Shown: positions 56,321-64,000 of the stretch, in pieces
Numbering within the stretch: position 1 is the first letter of the stretch
Layout: each line of letters starts with the position of its first letter
Virus record (IMG/VR): IMGVR_UViG_2974629863_000001
Span: 32,001-96,000 of that record
DNA length: 64,000 nucleotides
From: a virus
Taxonomy: Duplodnaviria; Caudoviricetes
Strand: one strand, 5' to 3'
Notes under the pieces: model-generated
The model's database searches: none
Told to the model about the DNA's origin: nothing
The model's input: only the letters and a program-made list of their open reading frames with translations
Program-made: the position numbers and the translations under genes

Positions 56321-56641
56321 ATGGTTCTTGCAGTGACTAGGTACATTGTAGAGAGTAATGGCCTGTATGGAGATGATTTAGTAGAGTTAATAGAACTTGG
56401 CCTAGCATCAAAGATGAATATATCCAGAGAAACTGTTCAGGGTTTAATGTGGTCATGTTGCTATATTTCAGCAGGCGAATTCGAAGGTATTACTATTAAA
56501 TACTACGAAAAAGATAAAGTCTATGTAGCCGACGATGGTTGTATGCTTTACTATGGTTCTGGACTAACAGAGCAGGACGCTTTGCAAGATTTTATAAATG
56601 AACGCCGCCAGAGAACTAAGGATGATAATGTTTCCAGTTGA
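56321..56641 (+). CDS. Hypothetical protein
   Basis: Packed ORF upstream of RtcB. Confidence 0.55.
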   Translation: MVLAVTRYIVESNGLYGDDLVELIELGLASKMNISRETVQGLMWSCCYISAGEFEGITIKYYEKDKVYVADDGCMLYYGSGLTEQDALQDFINERRQRTKDDNVSS

Positions 56642-57812
56642 ACTACCAGGTGCTCAGGCTAATACAAAGCTTTGGTTACCGCCAGAAGCTATTGAACATG
56701 AAGCTTATGAGCAGCTTCTCAATGTATCTCGTCTGCCTTGGATTGACCGTCTAGCAGTGATGCCAGATTGCCATTTCGGTAAGGGTGCAACGGTTGGCAG
56801 TGTCCTAGGAATGAAGAATGCCATTTCACCTAGTGCTGTTGGTGTTGACCTTGGTTGTGGTATGTCTGCAGTCAAGACCAGTCTTAATGCAAAGGATCTT
56901 CCAGAAGACCTAACTGCACTACGCACAAAAATTGAAGAGCAGATTCCCGTTGGACGTAATTCACACAAGTCTGAAGTTAAGTACCAGCGTCTAGAAGTAA
57001 ACCAGCAGGACGTTACAAAGCTTTGGAATGATGCTAAGTCACTCAATGCAGATGTAAAGAATCGTCTAGATTATGCAGCTAATCAGGTTGGTACTCTAGG
57101 TGGAGGCAACCACTTTATCGAGATTTGTCTAGATGAGCAAGAAGATGTTTGGGTTATGCTTCATTCAGGTTCTCGAAACATCGGTAAGGTAATTGCAGAA
57201 TCTCACATTGCAGTTGCTAAGGCACAGGAACACAACTTTGATCTTCCAGATCGTGATCTAGCTGTATTGCTAGAGAACACTGATGAGTTCAATAGTTATG
57301 TTTATGATGTTTATTGGGCGCAGCGCTATGCACGTATCAATCGTGAGGTTATGTTAGGAATCTTCAAAAAGATTCTTCGACACGAGTTCCCAGAAATTAA
57401 GTTCGAGGATAATATCAGTTGTCACCACAACTACATCGACACTGAACACATCGACGGTGTAGACTTGATAGTGACCCGCAAGGGAGCAATTCGAGCGGGA
57501 GAAGGGCAGCTAGGGCTTATTCCTGGTTCTATGGGAACGGGTAGCTACGTTGTTCGTGGTCTCGGTAATGCCGATTCTATGTTCTCAGCTTCTCACGGAG
57601 CAGGACGTAAGATGTCTCGTTCTAAGGCTAAGAAGACATTTACGGTAGATGATCTAGCAGAGCAGACGCTAGGTGTAAATTGCCGGAAGGATCAGGGAGT
57701 TGTAGATGAAATTCCTGGTGCCTATAAAGATATCAATGAAGTAATTAAGCGTCAGGAATCACTAGTAGAACCCCTACATTTCCTGAGACAAATTCTATGT
57801 GTAAAGGGGTAG
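56628..57812 (+). CDS. rtcB: RtcB RNA ligase
   Basis: MPDCH.GKG..VG, VGVD.GCG, GTLGGGNHFIE, HSGSR, HHNY, RKGA, PGSMG, SHGAGR, DE.P.AYK, KG; start ATG 56622 or 56628. Confidence 0.95.
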   Translation: MFPVELPGAQANTKLWLPPEAIEHEAYEQLLNVSRLPWIDRLAVMPDCHFGKGATVGSVLGMKNAISPSAVGVDLGCGMSAVKTSLNAKDLPEDLTALRTKIEEQIPVGRNSHKSEVKYQRLEVNQQDVTKLWNDAKSLNADVKNRLDYAANQVGTLGGGNHFIEICLDEQEDVWVMLHSGSRNIGKVIAESHIAVAKAQEHNFDLPDRDLAVLLENTDEFNSYVYDVYWAQRYARINREVMLGIFKKILRHEFPEIKFEDNISCHHNYIDTEHIDGVDLIVTRKGAIRAGEGQLGLIPGSMGTGSYVVRGLGNADSMFSASHGAGRKMSRSKAKKTFTVDDLAEQTLGVNCRKDQGVVDEIPGAYKDINEVIKRQESLVEPLHFLRQILCVKG

Positions 57813-57977
57813 CCGTAGCAGCAATAGCGATGCTAGTTCTATTCTCGCTATTCTCTGCATATCAACAGGATGAACGTCGCATTTCTAATTGTAAATCAGT
57901 TGGAGGCTATCCGTCATCCGGTCAATGCTTGATCGTAAAAGATAATAAGATAGTTGAAATAGAGTATAAGGAATACA

Positions 57978-58280
57978 ATGGCTAAAGGTACATTAAAGGT
58001 AGAAGAAGTAGAAAAAGTTGTAAAGGTAGATGAGAAGTCTGTAGTTCTAGAGTTTTCTCTAGAAGAAGCTCAGGCTTTGTACGATGTATTTTGTCGAATT
58101 GGTGGACATCCACGTGCTTCACGTCGAGGTCATATTAAGTCAATTCAAGAAGCACTAAAGTCTGTTGTTCATTTAGAACTTGGACATCCTAGGGTCGGAG
58201 TTATGTATAATGAGGCAGACATTGCAGGACATCTTAGTTTCCGAGATACCATTCAAATTGATGAGGATTCAGACTGGTGA
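57978..58280 (+). CDS. Hypothetical protein
   Basis: SD AAGGA; V.LE.S.EEAQ.L...IGG.P..SRR. Confidence 0.65.
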   Translation: MAKGTLKVEEVEKVVKVDEKSVVLEFSLEEAQALYDVFCRIGGHPRASRRGHIKSIQEALKSVVHLELGHPRVGVMYNEADIAGHLSFRDTIQIDEDSDW

Positions 58281-58663
58281 ATAAAATTAGGACCGCTCTA
58301 GTAGCAACAGTAGCAGCAACCGCATTGATTCTTACAGGTTGTTCGACTAATAACAATTCGACTCAGACAATTTGTGTAGATCGAAAGACACAGGTTCGCT
58401 ACAGTGATGATCGTTGCAATCGTAATGATCCTAATATGATGTGGTGGTATCTTCCATCTAACAAGTCTAAGCCAAAGGTTACTCAGAAGGTTACTGAAGG
58501 ATCTTCTCAGAAGCCTACGAGTGCTCCAAAGCCTAAGACAGATGCGCCCAAGGTTGATACTAAGAAGTCTAGTCCTGCACCTAAGTCCAACAGTGGATCA
58601 TCTAGTAAGTCTAGTGGTGGAGGTTATCGAGCACCCGCACCAGCACCAAGGGCCGGTAAGTAG
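58277..58663 (+). CDS. Lipoprotein
   Basis: Signal peptide with lipobox LTGC; low-complexity K/S/P tail. Confidence 0.75.
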   Translation: MNKIRTALVATVAATALILTGCSTNNNSTQTICVDRKTQVRYSDDRCNRNDPNMMWWYLPSNKSKPKVTQKVTEGSSQKPTSAPKPKTDAPKVDTKKSSPAPKSNSGSSSKSSGGGYRAPAPAPRAGK

Positions 58664-59038
58664 ATGATTGATGGACAAGTCCTATATGGACAGAAACAAA
58701 TCACTTCTACTCTGAGTCTATATGGAAAAGGTGTATTCAACGCCAAGAAGGAATCAATCAGTGTTCAGACTGTAATTGGCAATGATCAAACGGACACTGC
58801 AGTTCCATTCAGGTTTGAATTTGAATTCGAGGTAGATGATCTAGAAGAAAACTATACTTTCCTAGGTGATGATCTTATGGATTATGCTATGGACCAGTTT
58901 CTCAATGATCTATTTTCAGAGTTCTTAACCAATCCTATCGGACAAGATAATCCATCTAAGGAATTCATGGATGATGTTCTAGAACACTTCCGGTTTCAGA
59001 ATTCTTTAGAAGATTGGATTAATAATTTCGAAGGTTGA
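58664..59038 (+). CDS. Hypothetical acidic protein
   Basis: Abutting ORF, 124 aa. Confidence 0.6.
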   Translation: MIDGQVLYGQKQITSTLSLYGKGVFNAKKESISVQTVIGNDQTDTAVPFRFEFEFEVDDLEENYTFLGDDLMDYAMDQFLNDLFSEFLTNPIGQDNPSKEFMDDVLEHFRFQNSLEDWINNFEG

Positions 59039-59084
59039 TCTGTGATAGAATGATAGACGCTGCAACACCTGTGGTTGCAGTTAT

Positions 59085-59162
59085 CTGCGTGTAGCTCAGC
59101 TTGGTCAGAGTGTTCCGTTTGGGGCGGAAAAGCCGGAGGTTCGAATCCTCTCACGCAGACCA
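59085..59162 (+). tRNA. tRNA-Pro(TGG)
   Basis: CTGCGTG/CACGCAG; TTCCG-TTTGGGG-CGGAA; GGTTCGAATCC; encoded CCA; preceded by TGATAGAAT promoter. Confidence 0.95.
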
Positions 59163-59185
59163 TTTAATCTAACTAAGGATGCAAT

Positions 59186-59512
59186 ATGCATACACTTCTT
59201 GAAAAGAACATCGTAGTGTCCCGCGTGGATGGAAATCCATTTAGTGAAGAAGACATCAAAGCCCTTGTGCGAAATGGAATAATAAATTATCCAGCGGGAT
59301 TATATTTATCAAACGGACAACAGTTTTTTGAAGTGCGTGATCGCATAAAAAGACAGTTCAATCAAAAAGAGGGTCTGTCTAAGCGAAGATTTTGGAAAGA
59401 TTATTTCATTGAAGTCAGAGGATTTCTTAATCCTGTTCAACCTAGGCAACCACAAGACCTTGGTGATGATTGGACCACAGTAAAGGATAAAACTAAACCC
59501 TTCGAAAAATAG
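59186..59512 (+). CDS. Hypothetical protein
   Basis: SD AAGGA; 108 aa. Confidence 0.65.
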   Translation: MHTLLEKNIVVSRVDGNPFSEEDIKALVRNGIINYPAGLYLSNGQQFFEVRDRIKRQFNQKEGLSKRRFWKDYFIEVRGFLNPVQPRQPQDLGDDWTTVKDKTKPFEK

Positions 59513-59645
59513 GAGTCAAGATGAATGCATTTTGGATTGACCTAAACAACGAAGATTCAGAATTTAAAACGCTATTCATGAAAAGAATTTATAATCTACA
59601 ACTATTCGATGAAATTTCCAATTGGTTCAACTATGAAGGAATGTA

Positions 59646-59921
59646 ATGGGTATTTTTGTTCTAGCAGTATATATTATTGGTTGGCTAATTACCTCCATCA
59701 TTATCTTTTCAACATACGATACAGACATCGTTGACAAAATCGAAGACTTTGATGATTTTATGCTGGAATCGCTGCGATTACTTGCATCTGTAGTATATGC
59801 ATTGCTTTGGCCTGTTATTATTCCCGTTGGGATTTTGTACCTATTCTTTGGAATTCTGTATAGAATTTTTCTTGGTATTCGCTGGTTTATTGACTATGTA
59901 CACAATAAGGACTTAAAATGA
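59646..59921 (+). CDS. Membrane protein
   Basis: Two hydrophobic segments; LLWP motif. Confidence 0.65.
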   Translation: MGIFVLAVYIIGWLITSIIIFSTYDTDIVDKIEDFDDFMLESLRLLASVVYALLWPVIIPVGILYLFFGILYRIFLGIRWFIDYVHNKDLK

Positions 59922-60121
59922 AAGTATCAAAATTAATCGAAATGCTATCAGAGTGCGATTCAGATGAAGAAGTCCGTCTCAATATTTCAGACGGCTACAC
60001 CCGACAACCCTATGATATCGGAGAATGTTGGTTTGATGATTATGATTTGTGTGGTCTAGTTGAAGACGAAGACCCCGACAAAGACTACGATGGTCTAAAA
60101 AAAGTTGTAGTCATATGGTAG
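59918..60121 (+). CDS. Hypothetical protein
   Basis: MKV..LIE.L...D.D.EV phage small-protein pattern. Confidence 0.65.
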   Translation: MKVSKLIEMLSECDSDEEVRLNISDGYTRQPYDIGECWFDDYDLCGLVEDEDPDKDYDGLKKVVVIW

Positions 60122-60461
60122 GAGAATAATGGCAAAGTCATTTCTAACATATCTTCTCACTATTGTAGTGGTAGCAGCACTGATAGCTACTTTTATGGTT
60201 TCAATGTGGGTTGATTACGACCGTACTTGTTATAAACAAGGCGGGGAGATTAAAGATCATGTATGCACAGTAGAAATCAAATAAGGGAATAAAAATGATT
60301 GTTAATAACTGGAAGTATCATTCCGACATCTGCGATTACATTGCAATCTTCGATGGAACTAATTGGAGAGAGCTTCGACTAGACAAGCAGACGGGCAAAA
60401 TGCAGTTTGCCAAAGATCCAATTAGTGTAGAGAAAGTTCGTACAGAATTTGAGGCTATGCT

Positions 60462-61349
60462 GTGATTGAACTATATACAAAGGTTGGCAATAGGGTCTTC
60501 CTTATTGATGAAGATCCTTTCATGAAGTTCCCAGGTGGAGAACTACACATGAAGGCAGAACCTAAGACCTTTGGAGGAAAAGAAATTGCTTGGGTCTCAG
60601 GTACAGATGTAGAAGATTACATCAAGCTAGCTATGTGGTCAGATATGGTTTATGATCAAGGTGGAGAAGCACACGCTATTATTCCTTATCTGCCAGCAGC
60701 GCGGGCCGATAGAGGGACACCTAATGGATCAGCTATTTACTCTGAGCTAATCGCAATTACAAGAAACCTATCTACTCTAAGTTATGTAGATGCACATAGT
60801 AGTGTAATGCCAAACTACCTAAAGCTAAAGATGCCTGGTGTAGTTCATCGTCATTTCACATCGGATGCATTCTTGTCACATGGATCATCCTGCATTAGAT
60901 CTACGCAATTTGGAAGCTTTAAGGACATTAATATCGATGCAGTTATTTCACCTGACAAGGGTGCAACCGAACGCGCAATTCTTTGGGCAGAAAAATTTAA
61001 TGCACCACTCGTGCAGGCAGGCAAGACACGTGACCCGAAAACTGGTAGTCTAAGTGGGTTCGAGTGCGACGACCTGCCTTTCACTTCGCATGATAAGAAC
61101 TATCTAATTGTTGATGATATCTGTGATGGTGGCGGTACATTCAATGGGCTGGTTGATTATCTAGGATCACGAGAACGAAAAGGACTAGATTCTAAGTTTT
61201 ACCTATTCACAACTCATGGTATTTATTCCAAGGGGCTAGATGAATTGAAGAATAGATTTGCTGGCATATGGACTACAGATAGCTTAGAAAAAAAGAGCAA
61301 TGATGTAGGAATCCTGAAAATCAAAACCAAACTACTAGAAAGTATTTAA
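60462..61349 (+). CDS. Ribose-phosphate pyrophosphokinase-like protein (probable NARP1 ADPR-PP synthetase)
   Basis: FPGGE.H, PYLP.AR.DR, D.HS, SPDKGA..RA, K.RD..TG.L, IVDDICDGGGTF, THG..SKG. Confidence 0.88.
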   Translation: MIELYTKVGNRVFLIDEDPFMKFPGGELHMKAEPKTFGGKEIAWVSGTDVEDYIKLAMWSDMVYDQGGEAHAIIPYLPAARADRGTPNGSAIYSELIAITRNLSTLSYVDAHSSVMPNYLKLKMPGVVHRHFTSDAFLSHGSSCIRSTQFGSFKDINIDAVISPDKGATERAILWAEKFNAPLVQAGKTRDPKTGSLSGFECDDLPFTSHDKNYLIVDDICDGGGTFNGLVDYLGSRERKGLDSKFYLFTTHGIYSKGLDELKNRFAGIWTTDSLEKKSNDVGILKIKTKLLESI

Positions 61350-61399
61350 CAGATCATCGACTACAAGTATTAAGTCCTCATATGTGTTACAATTAGTCA

Positions 61400-61933
61400 A
61401 TGATAAGAATATGTGGATTTGAAAATTGTAGTAGAGAAATTAAGTGGTCTGGATTGTGTGCTTCTCATGCATCCCAAAAGAATCGTGGAGAAGAGCTAAA
61501 GCCTCTGAAACTACCAAAGTTGGGTTGTGACTTTGAAGGTTGCGATAAGCCTCACCGAAGCAAGGGCTATTGCAATAGTCACGTTGCTCAATTGAATAGA
61601 GGAAAACCTCTTACAAAGATAAATGAGAAAATAAATGTAGGTTTTAGACGCCAAGACGGATACATAGCTTTGTTCAAACCGGATCATCCAGAATCTTCAA
61701 AGTCTGGACATATTATGGAACATAGATATGTAATGTCGGAGCATCTAGGCAGACCTTTAAAGAAATGCGAAAACGTACACCATATAAACGGAGTGCGAGA
61801 TGATAATCGAATAGAAAATCTAGAGCTTTGGGTCCGACCACAACCAAATGGACAAAGAGTAGATGATCTACTTGATTGGGTAATTGAAAATTACAATTCA
61901 GAACTACAAGAAAGATTAAAAAATGAAGTTTAA
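61400..61933 (+). CDS. HNH homing endonuclease
   Basis: Two C...C...G.C..H zinc repeats; EHRYVM...LGR.L...E.VHH.NG.R.DNR.ENLELW. Confidence 0.9.
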   Translation: MIRICGFENCSREIKWSGLCASHASQKNRGEELKPLKLPKLGCDFEGCDKPHRSKGYCNSHVAQLNRGKPLTKINEKINVGFRRQDGYIALFKPDHPESSKSGHIMEHRYVMSEHLGRPLKKCENVHHINGVRDDNRIENLELWVRPQPNGQRVDDLLDWVIENYNSELQERLKNEV

Positions 61934-63416
61934 CATTCTAAACCAAATTGACGCTTATAAACTGGACCACCGGAGGCAGTATCCTGAAGGAACTACATAT
62001 GTTCTTTCCAACTTCACTCCCCGAACCTCTCGTATTGAGGGTGTCGATAAGGTTGTCTTCTTTGGCCTACAGGCTTTTCTAGACGACTTCCACGAAGGAT
62101 TTAAGGAATTCTTTGAAAGTGATGTTGATGAGGTCTGCGCAGCATATGAGCAGAACACTACCGATATTCTAGGTCCGAATGATGTAGGATCAGACCACAT
62201 TCGAGCACTACACGCACTTGGTTATGTTCCGCTGAAGATCAAGGCACTGCCAGAAGGTGTTAGTGTTAACCTGAAGGTTCCGATGTTCACTGTAGAAAAC
62301 ACTGTTGCAGAATTCTTCTGGCTTGTTAACTACTTTGAATCAGCAGTCTCAGCAGCAGTTTGGCTACCTTGCACGTCTGCTACTCAGGCTAAGCATTACC
62401 GTGATCTTCTAGACGCTTGGGCCGATAAGACTGGTGGAGCTACGGCAGGTGTAGATTTCCAGCTACACGACTTCTCTTTCCGTGGACTAAGTTCTATTCA
62501 GTCAGCAGCCTCTAGCGGAGCAGGTCACCTTATTTATTTCCTCGGTAGCGATTCACTTCCGTCTAAGGATTTCATTAAGAATCATTATGGACCAGCTCTA
62601 GAGCCAGTTCTACTAAGTGTTCCTGCAACAGAGCACAGTGTAATGTGCGCGGGCGGCAATGAGACAGAACTAGAAACCTTTGACCGTCTACTAGATCTAT
62701 ATCCATCAGGAATCGTATCAGTAGTATCAGATACATGGGATCTATGGAATGTTATTGGCAAGATTCTACCTGAGCTAAAAGACAAGATCCTTGCACGAGA
62801 CGGTAACCTTGTTATCCGTCCTGATTCAGGTGATCCAGCAGATATTCTTTGTGGAACAGTAAAGGCTGGACTTCGACCGGGGGATCATTATGTCTTATCA
62901 GCGAAGACACCAGAGGAAAAGGGTGTAATCGAACTATTGTGGGATCTATTTGGTGGAACTATTAATGAAAAGGGATTTAAAGAACTTGATCCGCACATTG
63001 GTGCTATCTACGGCGACTCTATTACTTTTGATCGTGCTGATGATATTTGTCAGCGTCTTGCTGATAAAGGATTCGCTAGTGGCAATGTGGTCTTCGGTGT
63101 TGGTTCGTACACGTATCAGTACGTCACCCGCGATACATTCGGCTTCGCAATGAAGGCAACGTATGTAGAGGTTAATGGAGAAGGTAAGGCGATCTTCAAA
63201 GATCCTATTACCGACTCAGGGACAAAGAAGTCTGCAAAGGGGCTTCTAGCAGTTCTACGCACAAAGGATGGTGACTTCGAACTAGTCGATGAACTCACCA
63301 AGGAGCAGCTAGAGAATATTCATGATGTCAACTGGCTACAGACTGTTTATGACAATGGCAGTTTTGTTCAGTCAATTTCATGGCAAGATGTAAAGTCTAA
63401 TGCTGGACGAGTCTAA
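61923..63416 (+). CDS. Nicotinamide phosphoribosyltransferase-like protein (probable NARP1 Namat)
   Basis: D.YK..H..QYP, FFGLQ, LHDF..RG, SVPATEHSVM, S.VSDTWD, IRPDSGDP, IYGDSIT, RDT.GFA.K, KDPITDSG.KKSAKG. Confidence 0.92.
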   Translation: MKFNILNQIDAYKLDHRRQYPEGTTYVLSNFTPRTSRIEGVDKVVFFGLQAFLDDFHEGFKEFFESDVDEVCAAYEQNTTDILGPNDVGSDHIRALHALGYVPLKIKALPEGVSVNLKVPMFTVENTVAEFFWLVNYFESAVSAAVWLPCTSATQAKHYRDLLDAWADKTGGATAGVDFQLHDFSFRGLSSIQSAASSGAGHLIYFLGSDSLPSKDFIKNHYGPALEPVLLSVPATEHSVMCAGGNETELETFDRLLDLYPSGIVSVVSDTWDLWNVIGKILPELKDKILARDGNLVIRPDSGDPADILCGTVKAGLRPGDHYVLSAKTPEEKGVIELLWDLFGGTINEKGFKELDPHIGAIYGDSITFDRADDICQRLADKGFASGNVVFGVGSYTYQYVTRDTFGFAMKATYVEVNGEGKAIFKDPITDSGTKKSAKGLLAVLRTKDGDFELVDELTKEQLENIHDVNWLQTVYDNGSFVQSISWQDVKSNAGRV

Positions 63417-63723
63417 ACTAGAACCATATGACCCGACGCCGTTTAATGAAATCAATAGGCTGCGTCGGGCTATGGTCGTCCATTCATACATCTACTATAA
63501 GTTAAACAGAAACATTATTTCAGATGCTGAATTTGATGCACGTGCTATGCAACTTGTTAAGTTACAAGCAGATTATCCAGAAATATCAGAATCAGTTCCT
63601 TATGAACTAGAAGCGTTTAGAGATTTCGAAGGCTCAACTGGATTCAATTTGCCTTATAATGATAGAACTCATAATCTGGCAATGAGCCTTTTGATGAAAA
63701 GAGGAATGATAGAAGATGCCTGA
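63400..63723 (+). CDS. Stand-alone NAD-dependent DNA ligase domain Ia-like protein
   Basis: I..LR.....H.Y.YY......ISDAEFD....L..L...YPE. Confidence 0.7.
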   Translation: MLDESKLEPYDPTPFNEINRLRRAMVVHSYIYYKLNRNIISDAEFDARAMQLVKLQADYPEISESVPYELEAFRDFEGSTGFNLPYNDRTHNLAMSLLMKRGMIEDA

Positions 63724-63979
63724 AAAGTATCTAACATTAGCAAGTCGTAATCGTCCGTGGGTAGACACTAGCAATCTCAAGCGAATAGTAGAAGCCAATC
63801 GTTTTGATAGATACGGTGCTCATCAAAGGCAAATTATGATGAAGGTTTGGGTTCTTAACGATAAAGACGATTCATATATTTATGCAGGTGCAATTGATCT
63901 TGCATACTTACCAGCGAAAGAAGATATGGATGCGTTTTTGAAAGATTTCTTAAAGAAAGTAGAAGATGTCGAATCTTAG
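63716..63979 (+). CDS. Hypothetical protein
   Basis: Overlapping packed ORF. Confidence 0.6.
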   Translation: MPEKYLTLASRNRPWVDTSNLKRIVEANRFDRYGAHQRQIMMKVWVLNDKDDSYIYAGAIDLAYLPAKEDMDAFLKDFLKKVEDVES

Positions 63980-64000
63980 TTTATTTTACAAAGCATACAA

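Noticed and set aside
3583-63301. All minus-strand ORFs and short nested plus-strand ORFs in the track
   Set aside because: They are shadows of longer, motif-bearing + strand genes or tRNAs and lack start signals
1-64000. Alternative genetic code or stop-codon reassignment
   Set aside because: Long conserved genes are intact under the standard code, all three stops are used, and no suppressor tRNA is seen

Overview
One contiguous stretch of a large, AT-rich (roughly 40% GC by eye) tailed dsDNA phage genome. All credible genes are on the + strand. Gene content and order resemble large actinobacteriophage siphoviruses (inference). Layout: tail-fibre/minor-tail genes (1-4.7 kb); portal, protease-scaffold, major capsid, head-tail joining, major tail, frameshifted tail assembly chaperone, 2472-aa tape measure and minor tail (5-22 kb); a replication/recombination block (DnaB-like helicase, primase, SSB, a DnaE split across two frames and carrying a mini-intein, MazG, RecA, resolvases, Cas4-like nuclease; 22-37 kb); large terminase (38-40 kb); then an accessory arm with HD hydrolases, rIIA/rIIB, 11 tRNA genes, several structured intergenic RNA candidates, RtcB and a Prs-like plus Nampt-like NAD-reconstitution pair. 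The most striking item lies directly behind a 692-aa protein with a C-terminal TerD-like domain. It is a tandem array of four structured RNA units (53478-53835) sharing the consensus GG-MTYAA-[7-bp stem]-TTACTTC...[7-bp stem']-GCTCR-CC with covarying stems. Unit 3 carries a complete circularly permuted tRNA-Lys(CTT)-like module. This looks like a Y-RNA/YrlA-like ribonucleoprotein system with a non-canonical protein partner. Functional calls come from recognising motifs by eye; no database searches were run.
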